64,000 nt of DNA from the human T2T-CHM13v2.0 reference genome, Homo sapiens. Position numbers and translations under genes: made by a program. The notes under the pieces were generated by a model. That model ran no database searches and was not told the DNA's origin. It worked only from the letters and a program-made list of their open reading frames with translations. The stretch lies in NCBI RefSeq assembly GCF_009914755.1, contig NC_060928.1; one strand, written 5' to 3'. Positions 40,260 through 62,581 of the stretch are shown here, piece after piece. Each line of letters opens with the position of its first letter. Position 1 is the first letter of the stretch.

Positions 40260-40585
40260 GACAAGAAGAGGTATTTACGCCTCCTGGAGATTCACAAAAT
40301 AATGCGGACGCTACCGACTGCCAGATCTTTACACTCACCCCTCCACCTGCCCCGAGGAGTCCGGTCACAAGGGCCCAGCCCATCACAAAGACACCCAGGT
40401 GTCCCTTCCATTTTTTTCCACGAAGGCCCAGAATCCATTTTAGGTTTCCAAACAGACCTTTCGTCCCTTCAAGGTGTAACCACCGTTTTCCATTCCAGCC
40501 ATTTTATTGGCCACACCGTTACCTTACTTATAGGTATTTCCCCAGAAGAAGACTCCAGAGAGGAAGCTCATCTGAGGAAAGCTGA
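40260..40585 (+). CDS. ODAPH: ODAPH coding exon 2 (odontogenesis-associated phosphoprotein, 130 aa total)
   Basis: Acceptor ttttcctctccacAG|G. Translation GQEEVFTPPGDSQNNADATDCQIFTLTPPPAPRSPVTRAQPITKTPRCPFHFFPRRPRIHFRFPNRPFVPSRCNHRFPFQPFYWPHRYLTYRYFPRRRLQRGSSSEES*: Pro-rich, with C-terminal S-x-E (FAM20C-type) motifs. Confidence 0.95.
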
Positions 40586-42120
<1,535 letters not shown>

Positions 42121-42959
42121 CTCTTCAGAAAAACAAAACAAAACTATATTTTGAAATAAACCCTACCTGCTCTCTTTTTTTTGGTTGATGGGGACATACC
42201 AGAAAAGGGCCAGCTTCAGGCAAACTTGAAGACAGATAAAGGTTTGTATTTGAAACCCACCTCCCCTTCTGACTCTCCTCCTTTATTCCGGCATGCTCAC
42301 CACTCACCTAGGTACTCAGTGTCCTCATAGTGCCAGCAACTGCCAAAAACTAACCTACCTTTGACTGGGCTTTCTCTTCCCAAATGTTAGAACTTTTGCA
42401 ATTCAAAATTTAATCGTTCTGAAATCTAGTCCTTGAAGGACTTGCTAAGTAATATGCCAGCCTCAGGTAAACTAAGACAAACTAATGATGGATGAACAGC
42501 TTCGATGCATTAATCACTGCATTAATTATAGAAGGCAGGCTACTCCTACAGTGTTTCAGAGTAAGGGCCTTTCAACATAGCTCTAGGTAAAATTGCATTA
42601 TTCCTCACCCTGGAACATGTATAGAATATGAGAAGCAGCCCACACCTGCTATTAAAAGTATAGGCCTAGGAGTGCAAAAGGCTTATTTGGGGGAGGGAAG
42701 AATATGCTTTTGTGACTTAGAAAAATTTGCATCATTCCTTTGGATTCATAAATTCACTTTTTAAATACAGAGATTCCTAGCAGGTTTATTGAATTAGAAG
42801 GATAATGTGGAACCACTAATACCTCCATGTGAATTAGTTTCTCAAATTAGTTCCTTTCGACTAGCTGTTTTTGAAGCAATGGGAGTCTGTGGGATGGGTA
42901 TAATAACTCTTCAATGCATTTTTTTTCTTTTGAGGCAGGAATTACAACAATAGTATTGT

Positions 42960-43575
42960 AAGTCTAAAGTTCTAATTATGCCCAAAACACATAACCTGAA
43001 TCTAATCATCAAAAAAAAACTCAAATTAAGGAACATTTGCAAAACTGGCATCTTCAAAAATGTAGATGTCATGAAAGACAAAGATTAAAGGAGATTGAAG
43101 TGGATGACAATTCAGTGCAATATGTGATCTCCGATTAGATCCTGGAGGTCAGAAGGGGAGGGACAGGACATTTTGGCATAACTGGGACAACTGACAAATT
43201 TTAAATTTGGACCATGTATTGGGTAATAGTATTCTGTCAATGTTAAACTTCCTGAATTTCATAATTCTGTAAGAGAACATTCCTGTTCTTAAGGAAATAG
43301 ATTTTGAAGCATTTAAGGGTAAATAAGTATGATCTCTGCAACTAAATCTCAAAAGATTCAGGAAAAATATGCATAGATATGCAGATATGTGCATATATAT
43401 GATAGATAGATACATAGATAGATATATAGATAGGCAGACAGATGGGAAGTAATAAACCACATGTGGCAAATGTTTTTCCAGTTGATGTATTTGACTAAAG
43501 GGTATATGGGAGTTGTTTGTACTATTCTTGCAGCTCTTCTAGAGTTCGATATTATTTCAAGAACAATATTTAAAA
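42960..43575 (+). mobile_element. L1MC-like 3' fragment
   Basis: taacctgaatctaatcat...gtcatgaaagacaaaga...tgtactattcttgcagct. Confidence 0.7.
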
Positions 43576-43589
43576 ATTATTTGAGGAGG

Positions 43590-44750
<1,161 letters not shown>

Positions 44751-44808
44751 GAAGTATCCAATTTTCATAGCAGTAACTACAAACTCCCAGAGCAGCTACA
44801 TAATCTAG

Positions 44809-48132
<3,324 letters not shown>

Positions 48133-49714
48133 TTTGTTCACTTCTTATCCCCAGGACTTAAAACATGGTCTGCACTCAATAAATATTTGTTAAATAAATG
48201 AATTTTTAAACATCCTGCTGTTTAACCCTATTTGCTTCTACATATCAGTTCATATATATCAAGGGAAGCCTCAAGATTTTAAAATCTTCACCCAGAAAAA
48301 AAAGAACTATTGAGGAGAGAAAGATGAGGCACACACGTCTCTCCTGAATAAAATAGTTACTGGTCACCGATGTATGCTTTCAATCTCCTTTCAGGATTTT
48401 TTAAATGAATTTCTCTTTTAAAATGAATTATCTGTTTCACTGTAGATGCAATTTTCTCTCTTTCTGTAGTCTGTTGCAAGGTAGGTAGGAACGGCAATAA
48501 GAGATAGAGAAGGCTCCGATTCAATTGCTGACTTAATTTTGTAATTCTCTCAAACTTCTATTAGCAGAATCTATCACTCTCTCTTTTTTAAACTGAGTCC
48601 AATCCTATTTCTAAAACCCCTCCTCCAGGGCCAGGTCAAGATACATAGGTTTCCTTGGAAGGCTAATTATTTGAGATGGCTCCTCAAACTGTTATTCTTC
48701 AAAGATCTGTTCAATAAGCACAGAGAAGTTGATTTTCTGCCAGCAAAATTTATTTACTTCCTGGCTTATGTTCTAAATTAAAAGATTATTACATGTTCTG
48801 CACATAATAAATTTTTTAACTTCTTTAGAAACATCTTTTACAATTTACTCCACCTGGATAATTAGATGCTCACCCTCACTCAGGATAGAGATAGATTTCA
48901 TAGAGTCATAGCAATAAAAATTTAAAGTTCTATTTCCGTATTGGCAATACATTTCTCCTTTTCTACAGTCCCTTTGCATTTTTCTTTGGTGATTCTGTTT
49001 TTCAAATCAACACGTTGAGAAGTGTTTCAAGGGTTTAAATTTTAGACACAAAATACATGGCTTATTTTCCCGAAACAACATTATGCCCTGCACTTTTTCA
49101 GATTCAGAATTTGAGTGCACTGACGGCTAAATACACATATTAACCAACTGCTATAAAGGTTGGAAATGTGTCTGGGGTTGCACCATGCAAACTCCCTATG
49201 CTGTACTCCAAACATAATCAAGAAAGAAAGCCAGTGGCAGTGCAGACTTATCTTCAAGTTTCCAAGCATTATGAAGATTGACTTACATTTTGCCACTTAC
49301 ACAGATATCACAATTGAAAACCATGTTTCCAATTAATTCCAAAGATGTTCAGAACCCTTATTAGGCTGGCATCCTTGGAAGTGAAATTTTTCCTTCCACT
49401 CTGCCTTTACTCACCTGCCAACATTTCATTTTGTGAGGCAAATTTACTTTCATAATTCTCCAACTTGTTTTTCTTGTTCGGGATTCTCAGTGAAGTCCAC
49501 AGCTCTTCCCCACCACCCCCATGCTCTCTCCAGCCTAGACCCCCCTCTAGCCACTAGTTCTGCCTTGCTGACCTCTGAGTTTACCGGCCACCTGCTGACA
49601 TTAGGGAGGCCCTGACATAATCGCAGAGACTGAGCAGGTCAAGTGCATTGGATCTCTTCTGCTTCCTAAACACCTAGGAACCTGCACTACTAGTGTTTAA
49701 CTAACAATGTTCAC

Positions 49715-49728
49715 CCACCAGGGGGCGC
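49715..49728 (+). promoter_or_regulatory. CTCF core motif
   Basis: CCACCAGGGGGCGC, an exact match to the CTCF core consensus, in non-repeat DNA. Confidence 0.75.
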
Positions 49729-50251
49729 CCCTCCACCAGCAGTGCCGTCTGATGGCCTGTCTTACAGTTCTCCCTGGCCACGCCTGTAGTTCAAATAGTT
49801 TGAGCGCTCCTTAACACTGCTCTTTAAAATGGAAAAAGAAGACCATTTATTGATTGCATGGACAAAAAGAAACAGATAATACCCCTCAGGTAAAATTCGT
49901 CACAGATTTTAGTATTTTTGCCCTTGGGAAAGCTATGGCTTGCAGTAAGAGGGGCTTTACTGCCACCTCCCGGATCACGGCTTGGCAGCACCAGGCAGTC
50001 CTCAACAGAGCCAAGGGAATAAGGTGTCATCCTAGTGAAATAGATGTGAGGTCAACGGCGCAATCCCAGAGCTCAGATCTTTCATAACTTTCCTTAAATA
50101 ATTCCTGTCCATCCAAGCAGAACTGGCTTCTCCATCCCTCTGCCCCAGGAGGGAGACGTGTTAATCTCTCATTGACTTATTTCCTCCCAAAACCCAGAAG
50201 AAGAAAGGGGACCTATCGTACTTAAAACAAGTGTAATTTTAAAATATATTC

Positions 50252-50606
<355 letters not shown>

Positions 50607-51839
50607 TCATTTTTTATCCACAATATGTTTTGAGCCAAACCTTATTATCTGAATCTGGTTTCTCCCTTGTTGTCAGATATAGGAAAACCAACTACAGAGG
50701 GAAGCCTCCAATACTTAAACTAAAATCTGCCTTACCTTTTTTAAAGACCTTAATATTTTTTATTCACAGTAGGAATTCAAATGACATATATATATATAAA
50801 ATATATCAGAATATGTGTAACCTCAGTAGTAATCAAGAAAATGTAAACCAAAGCAAGATAAGTTTCACCCATCTATCTGGCCAAAATGGAAACTATTAAT
50901 ATCTAAAGTGAGAAAATTTTCTCATATACTGTTGGTAAGAATATAAATTAGTACAGTCTTTTTGAGGGACAATTTGGTAAAATCAATCCAAATCTAAAAT
51001 AAAGCATCGCTTCTGCAGCTTCAAAAATGTCCATCTCTGGTTAGCACTGTGATCGTTTTTCCAATGTCCATTCTGTGCCTGCCCTGCTTTGTGGAAGCCA
51101 TGTGGTTCCATGGGTGGGCTGCAATTGGCCTAAGCCAATCAGTATAATCCGGTTTCCCTTTGATCCCATTATTAATTCAAGGAAGGGAATTTAACAGAGG
51201 CCCAAGGTTCAAGCCCATCAGTGCTTGTCATTCACCTAGCTACTGTGATTGATTCAGGGATGAGCAGTATCCAAATTAGGCTCAATGACAGTGAAGTGTT
51301 GTTTAATGGCTGGGGAAACTCCTTCTCTTCTCCTCTAGAAGTAAATGAGGAAGCATGTAGCTCCAGGAGTCTAAGCTCTCAATGTTATATTATCTAAACA
51401 GATTTTAAAAATTAATTCCAGCTCTAAATAATCATAATCATATATTTATTTCAACACTCATGGCTCTATCATTTATTGAGTGACACTGAGTCAATTCCTT
51501 AAGTTTTCTAAGCCTATTATCTTGCCTATAAAACATGAATAACATTCCTACTTTCATAGGGTTATTACTGTGCTAGATGGTGTAGAGCAAAAATAGATAA
51601 ATAAGGTTCCCCATCTTTATAGACACTGAAAATTTAGTGAGGCAGTGACACTGGGTATTGTTCTTGCCTGTGTGCCTTCAGAATCTAACCCTGACTCTTC
51701 TGGTGGGTTGAGGAGCAACTTAACTCCTTTCAATAAATGGCTTTTCTAGTTAAAGGGGAAAAAAAAATCGGGGGAGATAGGTATACATGTAAACAAAAGA
51801 GTGAGAAGCCAAGGAAGACAACTAAAAACAGGTTGAGGA

Positions 51840-51990
51840 AGCCAGGTATGGTGGCTCTTGCCTGTAATTCTAGCACTTTGGGAGGCCAAGGAAGGAGGAT
51901 CGTTTGGGCACAGGAGTTAAAGACCAGCCTGGGCAACATAGTGAGACCCCGTCTCTATAAAAAATAATAATAATAAAATAAAATAATAAA
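51840..51990 (+). mobile_element. Free left Alu monomer (FLAM-like)
   Basis: Single monomer with (AAT)n tail. aaacaggtt flanks both sides. Confidence 0.8.
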
Positions 51991-52639
51991 ACAGGTTAAG
52001 GAGGGAAGTGACCAATTAAAACATTATTTTGTGGTGGGGGGTGGGGGTGGTCAGGGGATACTTTTAAATCCTAGCAGCAAGATTAATGAAGATCACTTTC
52101 CAGGTCTAGAGCAGGTGGGATAGCTGGATGGAGGTAAACTGATATGAAAGCCTGTTCTCCAGACTGATAGGAGAACCTACCCTAGCTTAGGGATAGGAAA
52201 ACATGCTGAATTGAGATATGTTGTTTTCATTTCCCTGAACCTTTCTTATATGTTCATATTAATCGACAATACATTTTCCAAAATGTTACCAGAAACTTCA
52301 CTTCTACAGGAGATGGCCCTGAGTGCCAAAGTAGAGAATATAGAAATTAAGAATGTGCAATGGGCAAAACTAAATTTTCACTGAAAACAAAGAAAAGTGC
52401 TGTCTCGTGGATGGGTTTTGGTTTTAAAGAAAATTTCTCAGAATATATTCAACATCAGATATCCACAAATATCTATAAACACAAAGCTCTAAATCACAAG
52501 TTACCCACGAGTGATAACATAAGGTACTTACTTCTCAGAGGGCATGTTAAGAAAAAAATATGCTGTACATTAATTACATTTTCTAGTTATTTCATGTCTG
52601 AAGCTGTCAAGAGAAAAAATAAGACCCTTGAGAAAACAA

Positions 52640-55324
52640 TGTGAGAACATAATTTTTTATTCATATAGATAGAGGAGTGTTAAGCACCCTCTTCTAGTGC
52701 AAAAACACTTAATGCAAAAAACAACAGAGAAAAATCCATTCAGTCCAATTCACTAAGACTAGCCTAAAGCCTTAGGAGCAGTGCTCTGTTGCTTCTCTAA
52801 TCCCCTGACCATGGTTCAGTTATATAGAGGAGGACTTAGAAAACAAATCGATCACATTTTTCAGTCTAGTCTGATACATAGTGTATTACAGGTCCAGCCT
52901 TATATTGTAGCACAACTAAGATAAAGGAACCAATAATGAGAGTCACATAAGAAAACACATTTTCTATGTTCCATTTCAATGGGAAGTCAGATATTCTAAG
53001 CAAGCAAGGGATTCTCAGTCAGGAAAACCAGGTTCTGTCACAACTATTACCAGTTAGTCTTTATAAGAAATGTTATTTTATGACCATGCTGCTTATATCA
53101 CCAGCTATACAAGAAAATTAGCTTGCCATCCCTACATCCAAAGTTTTCCAGAAGAATTAACAGATTTAAAACTTATTTGTTAAATACCATACAGTAGTGT
53201 ATATATTATTTATAGCCTCTTAATTAAATAAATCTAAATTTAAACCATCTATGGAGCCCAGTAAGATAATATTTATTAATTTTAAAACATACATACATGC
53301 AGCAAGCCCACTGCTCCCCACCAGTACATACACATATTCCCTATTAGTGTGTGACTAAATCATATCCTTGCAAGAGAAACTAAATAACCTTAAACTTAAA
53401 AAAAGGATCATTTTGGTTCAATATCTATTATTGTTGATTATGTAATCTTGTTGATTACATCAACAAGAATCACTGAAACCAATTTGCAGAATCTTTTTCT
53501 AGTAGTTCTGCCACAGTTCTAATCAGATATGATCCTCAAGTCATAACTTGGACTTATGGTAAATATTTTTTAGTTCCTTAATTCTAAAGTTCACAAAGTG
53601 TTTTAATAGGCAAAAGATATCAAAAGCTAGTATAAAAACTGCAAGGCAATTGATCCTAGAACCTCAACCATTGAGCTGATATTCTCACACTGATCTTTAC
53701 ATAAAAATAGTATTGAAATAAGCCGAAGCGCCATTTGGCTTTAAGTATTACCTGTTTGCCATGCTGCAGAATCTATTGGCAGTGTTTTTCAAAGTAAAAA
53801 TAAAGTAGTAACTTTTTAATATGCAGCCTATTAATGCTGATACCCTAGTTTTTTCAGCATGTTATCCATACTAATGTTGTCAAACAGCTGGTCACAGATT
53901 AAAAGTAGAGCTTTTAAATCAAGACCAATTTTAATTTAACCACCACCTATAGACTTGTACATTGAAACCCCTTATTTGCCTCCTCTTGAATGTCCTACTC
54001 TTTTGAGGCTTAAATATCCAAGGTCAGAATTTCAGTATTAAGCTCCTCAGAGTAATAAAGAAAAGTTCTAGTTAAATTCTTCAGCTAAGTTCTAGTCAAT
54101 GGCTTTGGAAAAAAAGCAACACACTATTAATTAGTTAAGGCAAAAAAAAAAAAAAAACTCACAAATTCTGGTTCCCTAAACAACCATTCTCTAAAATGAT
54201 AAATGCAGAGCATGTGTAGAAACCCAGAAATCAAGAACCTGTAGCCAACTTAGTTTATTCCTCCCACCTAAAAAGTTTTGGATCCATGCATTGGAAAAGA
54301 TGTGTGGAATGCAGGTAAATGATTTTGCACCTTGGTGAAAAGCTTTTGAGACGGCCTGAGTGTTTGAGGCCACAAGGAGACAGGAACTTCTCTGGATTCT
54401 AGTATCACCCTTAAACTACCAGGGGACAAAAGTGGAGTCCATAATAATGAACGTTCTCTCCCCAAACCCTCTTCAGCTGGGTAGTTCAATAGCAATTGGT
54501 CCACAGAAGAGTAATCAGTCCTGATCAATTCTGTATGGAGCATTAGCACCAGAATCTTACAATACATGGAACTAACCAATGCCAGAGTTGTAGTAAGTCA
54601 TTCGAAAGAGGTTTCTCTGTCACGCTTGCATTAGTGTGGTTCTTAGAAGATCTGCAGGGAGGCCAGAGTCTCATAATACACTGATAGAATATCAAAAATA
54701 ATTACAGAAGTCAAAGATACACATCTACCCATGGACAGGAGTTACATATTCACTTAATATCTAGAAACGTGTAAGATTGTTAAGTGTGTTTTCATAGTTA
54801 AATTCAGGTAAAGCAAACAGTTTCTCTTACTGATCCTAGTTTCTTCAATTTTCTTCAACTGATCCTAATTTTTATCACCTACCCCCAAGAAACCCACTCC
54901 TAAATAAATGTACACATTTATACAGAAAACACACAAAGTTCAATGCATGAGTAACATGGCCTTTTATAGTATTTCTCTCTGTCCCCCTTTTTTACACACT
55001 TTTAATCATGGTAACTTAAAATATACAATCTCCTAACAGTAAATACACATTCATGTAACAAGAACCATATCACTGTTATTCCACTGGATATGTCTTGAAA
55101 TAGCATCGGTGGACGTGAAAGGTAATGGGATAACAGTTGGGGAGGGCCATTTGTTCAATCTTCCTTTGAAACATTTGGAAGTCTTTGTCTTTCCTTCTTC
55201 TAGAAGGCCTTCCTCAGAAAATGCAGGCAGTTCAGAAGGAAATGATCAAAACCATGAATCTCTCCTCTTGGGATATCAGCACTCTTGCTGCAAGAAGATG
55301 TCATCTCAAGTGCAAGAGCATCAT
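52640..55324 (-). other. CDKL2: CDKL2 terminal, non-coding exon (3'UTR)
   Basis: Minus-strand acceptor cctcctgtgcttttAG at 55326-55325. About 2.7 kb of repeat-poor AT-rich sequence. AATAAA at 52661-52656 with U-rich sequence downstream; other AATAAA at 53277-53272 and 54259-54254. Confidence 0.72.
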
Positions 55325-55537
55325 CTAAAAGCACAGGAGGATATACCACCAACTATTTTACAAAAAATCTTTCTAAAAATTAATTTCTATCTCACTTGCT
55401 TTCTCACATCGTATATATTGATAACATTGGTGGGTACTATGTAGTTTAAGAAAACCTTAGATTTCAATTAGATGTATCAAAAGCAAATTTTTAAGACAAT
55501 CTTTAGAATAATTACCAATCAAAACTATCTTGCGTAT

Positions 55538-57145
<1,608 letters not shown>

Positions 57146-57244
57146 TTGGCTTTTTTAATACTAAAAAAGTTATATTTAAAAGGAAGTCAATAATTTGGTA
57201 TAGCACTGATCTCTCTTTATTGGGAAAAATATTGCCAAGTATAA

Positions 57245-57605
57245 TCATGCACTGTATAACAATGTTTAGGTCAACAATGAGCTGCATATACAATGGTAGT
57301 CCCATAGATTATCATGAAGCTGAAAATTCTTATTGCCTAGTGACATTGTAGCTAGTAACATCATAGTGCAATGCATTACCTTTTCTATGTTTTGATATAT
57401 GAATATTTACTATTGTGTTACAATTGCTTACAGTATTCAGTACAGTAACATGCTGTGCAGGCTTGTAGCCTAGGAGGAATAGGCTATACCATATAGCCTA
57501 GGAGTATAGTAGGTTATATCATCTAGGTTTGTGTAAGTAAACTGTGATGTTAGCATAACAGTGAAATCACCTAAGGATGCATCTTTCAGAACATTAACCG
57601 AGGCA
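57245..57605. mobile_element. Tigger3a/MER7A-like DNA element
   Basis: cagtattcagtacagtaacatgctgtgcaggcttgtagcctaggag..aataggctataccatatagcctagg. Confidence 0.8.
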
Positions 57606-57978
57606 TCATTATAATCAATCAATCTTGCTTTACAGGCCCACAGGGCAAATGACTGATAAGGGAGATAGGTATATATCTTTCTTGAGCACTTGTCACCCTA
57701 AATTCACATTACTATATCCAATAAAATGCAGGAGATTAGTTTAAGAGCAAGAGATGTACGCTCTGCGAAAAGGGATTTCATCTCAGAGATAAATACTACT
57801 TCTGGTTTTCTAAGTGGCACAACTCTTTCTCTATCAGAAGTTCTCATGGAATCAATCACTGGAGACGGTTTCAGCTGAAAAATTGGTATTCAGCAAGCCA
57901 CAAAATAGTACCTGTGAAAGGCTGCACAGCTTTAAGTATGGGAAATCACACCTACCCAGTTCAGAACCAAAATGGTTC

Positions 57979-58044
57979 TCAGTGCTGGTGTTCCATTTGA
58001 GGCAAATCAGCCCCTGAATCATCTGACAGGGGAGGTCCTGATAC
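57979..58044 (-). CDS. CDKL2: CDKL2 last coding exon (VSGPPLSDDSGADLPQMEHQH*); exon spans 57956-58044
   Basis: Acceptor ttaatttatAG|GTA (phase 0), stop TGA at 57981-57979, donor ctgG|gtaggt at 57955. The peptide is recognised as the CDKL2 kinase C-terminus. Confidence 0.88.
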   Translation of the reverse strand, partial: VSGPPLSDDSGADLPQMEHQH

Positions 58045-59446
58045 CTATAAATTAATAATAGAGCATCATAGGTTCTCAGTAATTGCAAAAGTTCCACTTC
58101 CCCAAAATTTCAATTCTATTTGTTCAAATATTAGATGTTTATAATTAACTATTCATAGCTCAAGTTGCCTACATGGAAAAGAATGAAGTAAGGGGACATT
58201 GTTCTTTTCCTTTTCTTTAGTCCCAAACATGACTGCTGAGTGGATGTTATTCTTTGATCTTAGTTTATGCATATGTTAAAAGATACTTCTGATCTGCCAA
58301 GGCAGTGTAAGCCCACTACAGCCCATCTCTTCTACTTATTACAAAAATACAAAAACAGAAACCTGTTGGAACCATCATATAAAGACTTTGAAGCAGCCCT
58401 TATAACTCTGCTACATGAAGTAAAGGAAAACATACTTGAAATGAATGAAGGGATAGGAATTCTTAGCAGAGAAACAGATGCTATAAAAGGGAACCAAATG
58501 TATATTTTGGGACTAAAAAGCACAGTATCTGAAATTTTAAAATCTCACTGGATGGACTTAATAGCAGAATGAAGATGATAAAGTAAAAAGTCAGAGAACT
58601 TGAGGATAGATGAATAGAAGTGGCCCAATCTGAAGAACAGAAAGAAAAATGATTAAGAAAAAGTGAACAGAGTCTCGGGAACCTATGAGAAAATACTAAA
58701 TGGTCTACCATACATATCATTAGACTCTCAGAAGGAGAGGTGAGAGATTATGGCAGAAAAAAAAATTTCAAAAAACATGACCAACAACTCCCCAAATCTG
58801 GTAAAATATATAAGTTTAAAGATTCAAGAAGGCTGGCAAACCCCAAACAGGACAGACTCAAAGAAAACTATGTCTAGATACATCATATTTAAGCTAATGA
58901 AAAGAAAAGATAAAAATTAAATCTTGAAAGCAGCTAGAGGAAAATGAAACATTACATATAGGGAAACAATTCAAATGCCTGAGAATTTCCCACCAGAAAT
59001 TACAGAGATCAGAAGACAGAAGAATCCCATCTTTATAGTGCTGGGAGGAAAAACAAAAACAAAAATATGTCAACCCAAATTCCATATCCAATAAAATATA
59101 CTTCAAGAATTAAAGTAAAATAAAGTCATTCTCAAATGAAGAAAAACTAAGAACATTTGTCACCGTCAGACCTGCTCTGCAAGAAATGCTAACAAGAAGA
59201 TTTTCAGGCTGAAGGAAAATAATACCAGAGGAAAATCTAGGGAAGAAGAGAGACCGACAGAAATGGTAAAGAGCTAGGTAAATATAAAAGACAACTTTTT
59301 CTCATAAATTGTTTAAACTATTTATGACTGTTTAAAACAAAACATATAACGTATTGGGGTTCTGGAGATATGTAAATGTAGTACATATGAAGTTCTAACT
59401 TAAAGTGCAAACTGGGAAGAAGGGAATATGTTAGCAATGTTCCTAC

Positions 59447-59880
<434 letters not shown>

Positions 59881-60130
59881 GCAATTCGTACTTTTTATTT
59901 CAAGGGGTACAATGTAGACTACGAAAAATTAGTGATGTATATTGTAATTCCTCGAGCAATCACTAAAAAAAATATAAAAAGATATTGCCGAAAAAATACT
60001 GAAACTATTCAAAAACAAAAGAAAACTGGAAAGGAAAAACAGAGGAGCAAACAGAAAACAAATAATAAAAAGATGGGACTAGATTCAAAAATATCAATTA
60101 TCACATTAAATGTTAATGGTCTAAACATTC

Positions 60131-60715
60131 TGTGATCAGCAGGATTGTAAAGCTATGCCCTTAAGATTCCTGTCCCTAGCTAGTTAATCAAACTAATTTC
60201 AGTACCGATATGAAGGGACTTTGTGCATGGAATAAATGTTACTAATTAGCTGTTAATTGTTACTAATTAGCTGTTAAATGTTACTAATTAGGATAGATTA
60301 TCTTCGTGGGCCGAGTGTAATCATGTGAGCTCTTAGCATCAGAGTAAGTCAGAGATGTGGCAGAAGGAGTGGTCAGAGAGATTCAAGTGTAAGAGAGATT
60401 TGACCACTGTTGCTGGTTTTGAAGGCAGAGGAAGTGGGCCATGAGCCAAGGAATGTGAGTGGCATCTAGAAGGTGAGAACAACCCCCAGCTGTTAGCCAG
60501 CAAGGAAATAGGGACTTCTGCCCTACAACCATATGGAACTAAATTAGCCCAACAACCCAAGTGAACCTGGAAATGGTTTCTCCCCAATGCCTCCAGAAAA
60601 TAATGCAGCCCTGCAGACACCTTGATTTCCACCTGTGAGACTCATTCAGAGAAGCAGCTGTGCCCTAGCTCCTGACCCAGAAACTGTGAGAAAATAAATA
60701 GATATTAATTTAGTG
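60131..60715 (+). mobile_element. MLT1 LTR containing a 21-bp tandem repeat
   Basis: gctggttttgaagg...gccatgagccaaggaatg...cagccctgcagacaccttgatt...agaaactgtgagaaaataaat. Confidence 0.8.
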
Positions 60716-60719
60716 TGTT

Positions 60720-61081
60720 AAGTAGTCCCCCCGATCCATGAGGGATATGTTCCAAGGCCCCCAGCGGATGCCTGAAACCTCAGATAGTACCAAGCCCTAA
60801 ATATACAGTATTGTGTTTTTTTTAATCTGAAAGCCTAGACAGCTACTAAGCAATAAAAGGGTAGGTAGCATACATGGATACACGGGACAATGGGACAATT
60901 CATGTCCTGAGCAGAACAGAGCCAGACAGCTCAAGATTTCATCAGGCTATTCAAAATGGTGTGCAATTTAAAACTTAAGAACTGTTTATTTCTGGAACTT
61001 TCCACTAACATTTTCAGACCACAGTTGACCATAGGTAACTGAAAGTGCAGAAAGCAAAACTATAGATAAGGGGGGACTACC
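60720..61081. mobile_element. MER44 (Tigger7-derived) DNA element
   Basis: Terminal inverted repeats agtagtcccccc and gataaggggggactac. Confidence 0.8.
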
Positions 61082-61672
61082 ACATCTCTAAGGTAGCAGA
61101 AATAATAAACGAATACACATTCCAATTAAAAGGCAAAGACTGACAGAATGTATACAAAGGAAAAATCCTATTTATATGCTGTCTGTGAAAGAAACACTTT
61201 AAATATAAATATAAAAAACAGATAGGGTGAAAGTAAATGAAATCAACAAGATTTACTATGCAAACATACGTATAAGAAGTTTGGAATGGCTATTTTAATA
61301 TCAGATAAAATAGACTTCAAAGCACAGACCACTACAGAGATAAAGAGAGGCATTTCATAATGAGAAAAGGTACAATGTATCAGAAAGACAAGACAATTAT
61401 GTGCAAATACCTAATAATAGAGATTTAAAATACATAAAGCAGCCAGGCATGGTGGCTCACTCCTGTAATCCCAGCTACTCAAGAGGCTCAGGAGGAGGTC
61501 AGGAGTTTGGGTCAGGAGTTTGAGCAACACAGCAAGGCCAGCCACAACATCAGAGCAAGACCCCATCTCTCAAAACAAAAAAGAAAAAATTAGCTGGGTG
61601 TGGTGAGCTGTGCCTGTAGTCTTAGTTACTCAGGAGGTTGATGGGGGAAGATCGCTTGATCCTAGGAATTCA

Positions 61673-61912
<240 letters not shown>

Positions 61913-62351
61913 TTAATTAAATTAAATTAAAACAAACAGATATAAGAGAGAAATAGGCAATTCTACAACATAATAAAAGATTTTAACAGCACTCTTTCAA
62001 GAACTGATAGACCTAAACAAAAAAAATTAAGAGCATAGATGACCTGAAGAATACTGTACTATTAACCACCTTGATCTAATTTCACATTTATAGAACAATT
62101 AATCCAACAACAAAGAATATACATTTTTTCAAGGGAATGAAGTCAATCACCAAGATAGACCGTAGACCATAAAACATGTCTCATTGAATCTAAAAAAATC
62201 AAGATCACACTGAGTGTATTCTCTGACTACAATGGAATTAAATTACAAATTAATCAGTAATAAGATATCTAGGGAAACCTCAAATACCTGGCTATTAAAC
62301 AACATTTCTAAATAATTCATAGGTGAGAGAAGAAATTACAAGGGAAATTAG

Positions 62352-62581
<230 letters not shown>

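Noticed and set aside
54268-54579. 103-aa minus-strand ORF in the CDKL2 3'UTR, and the 111-aa plus-strand ORF at 55109-55444
   Set aside because: Non-ATG starts, no recognisable domain; consistent with chance ORFs in UTR sequence.
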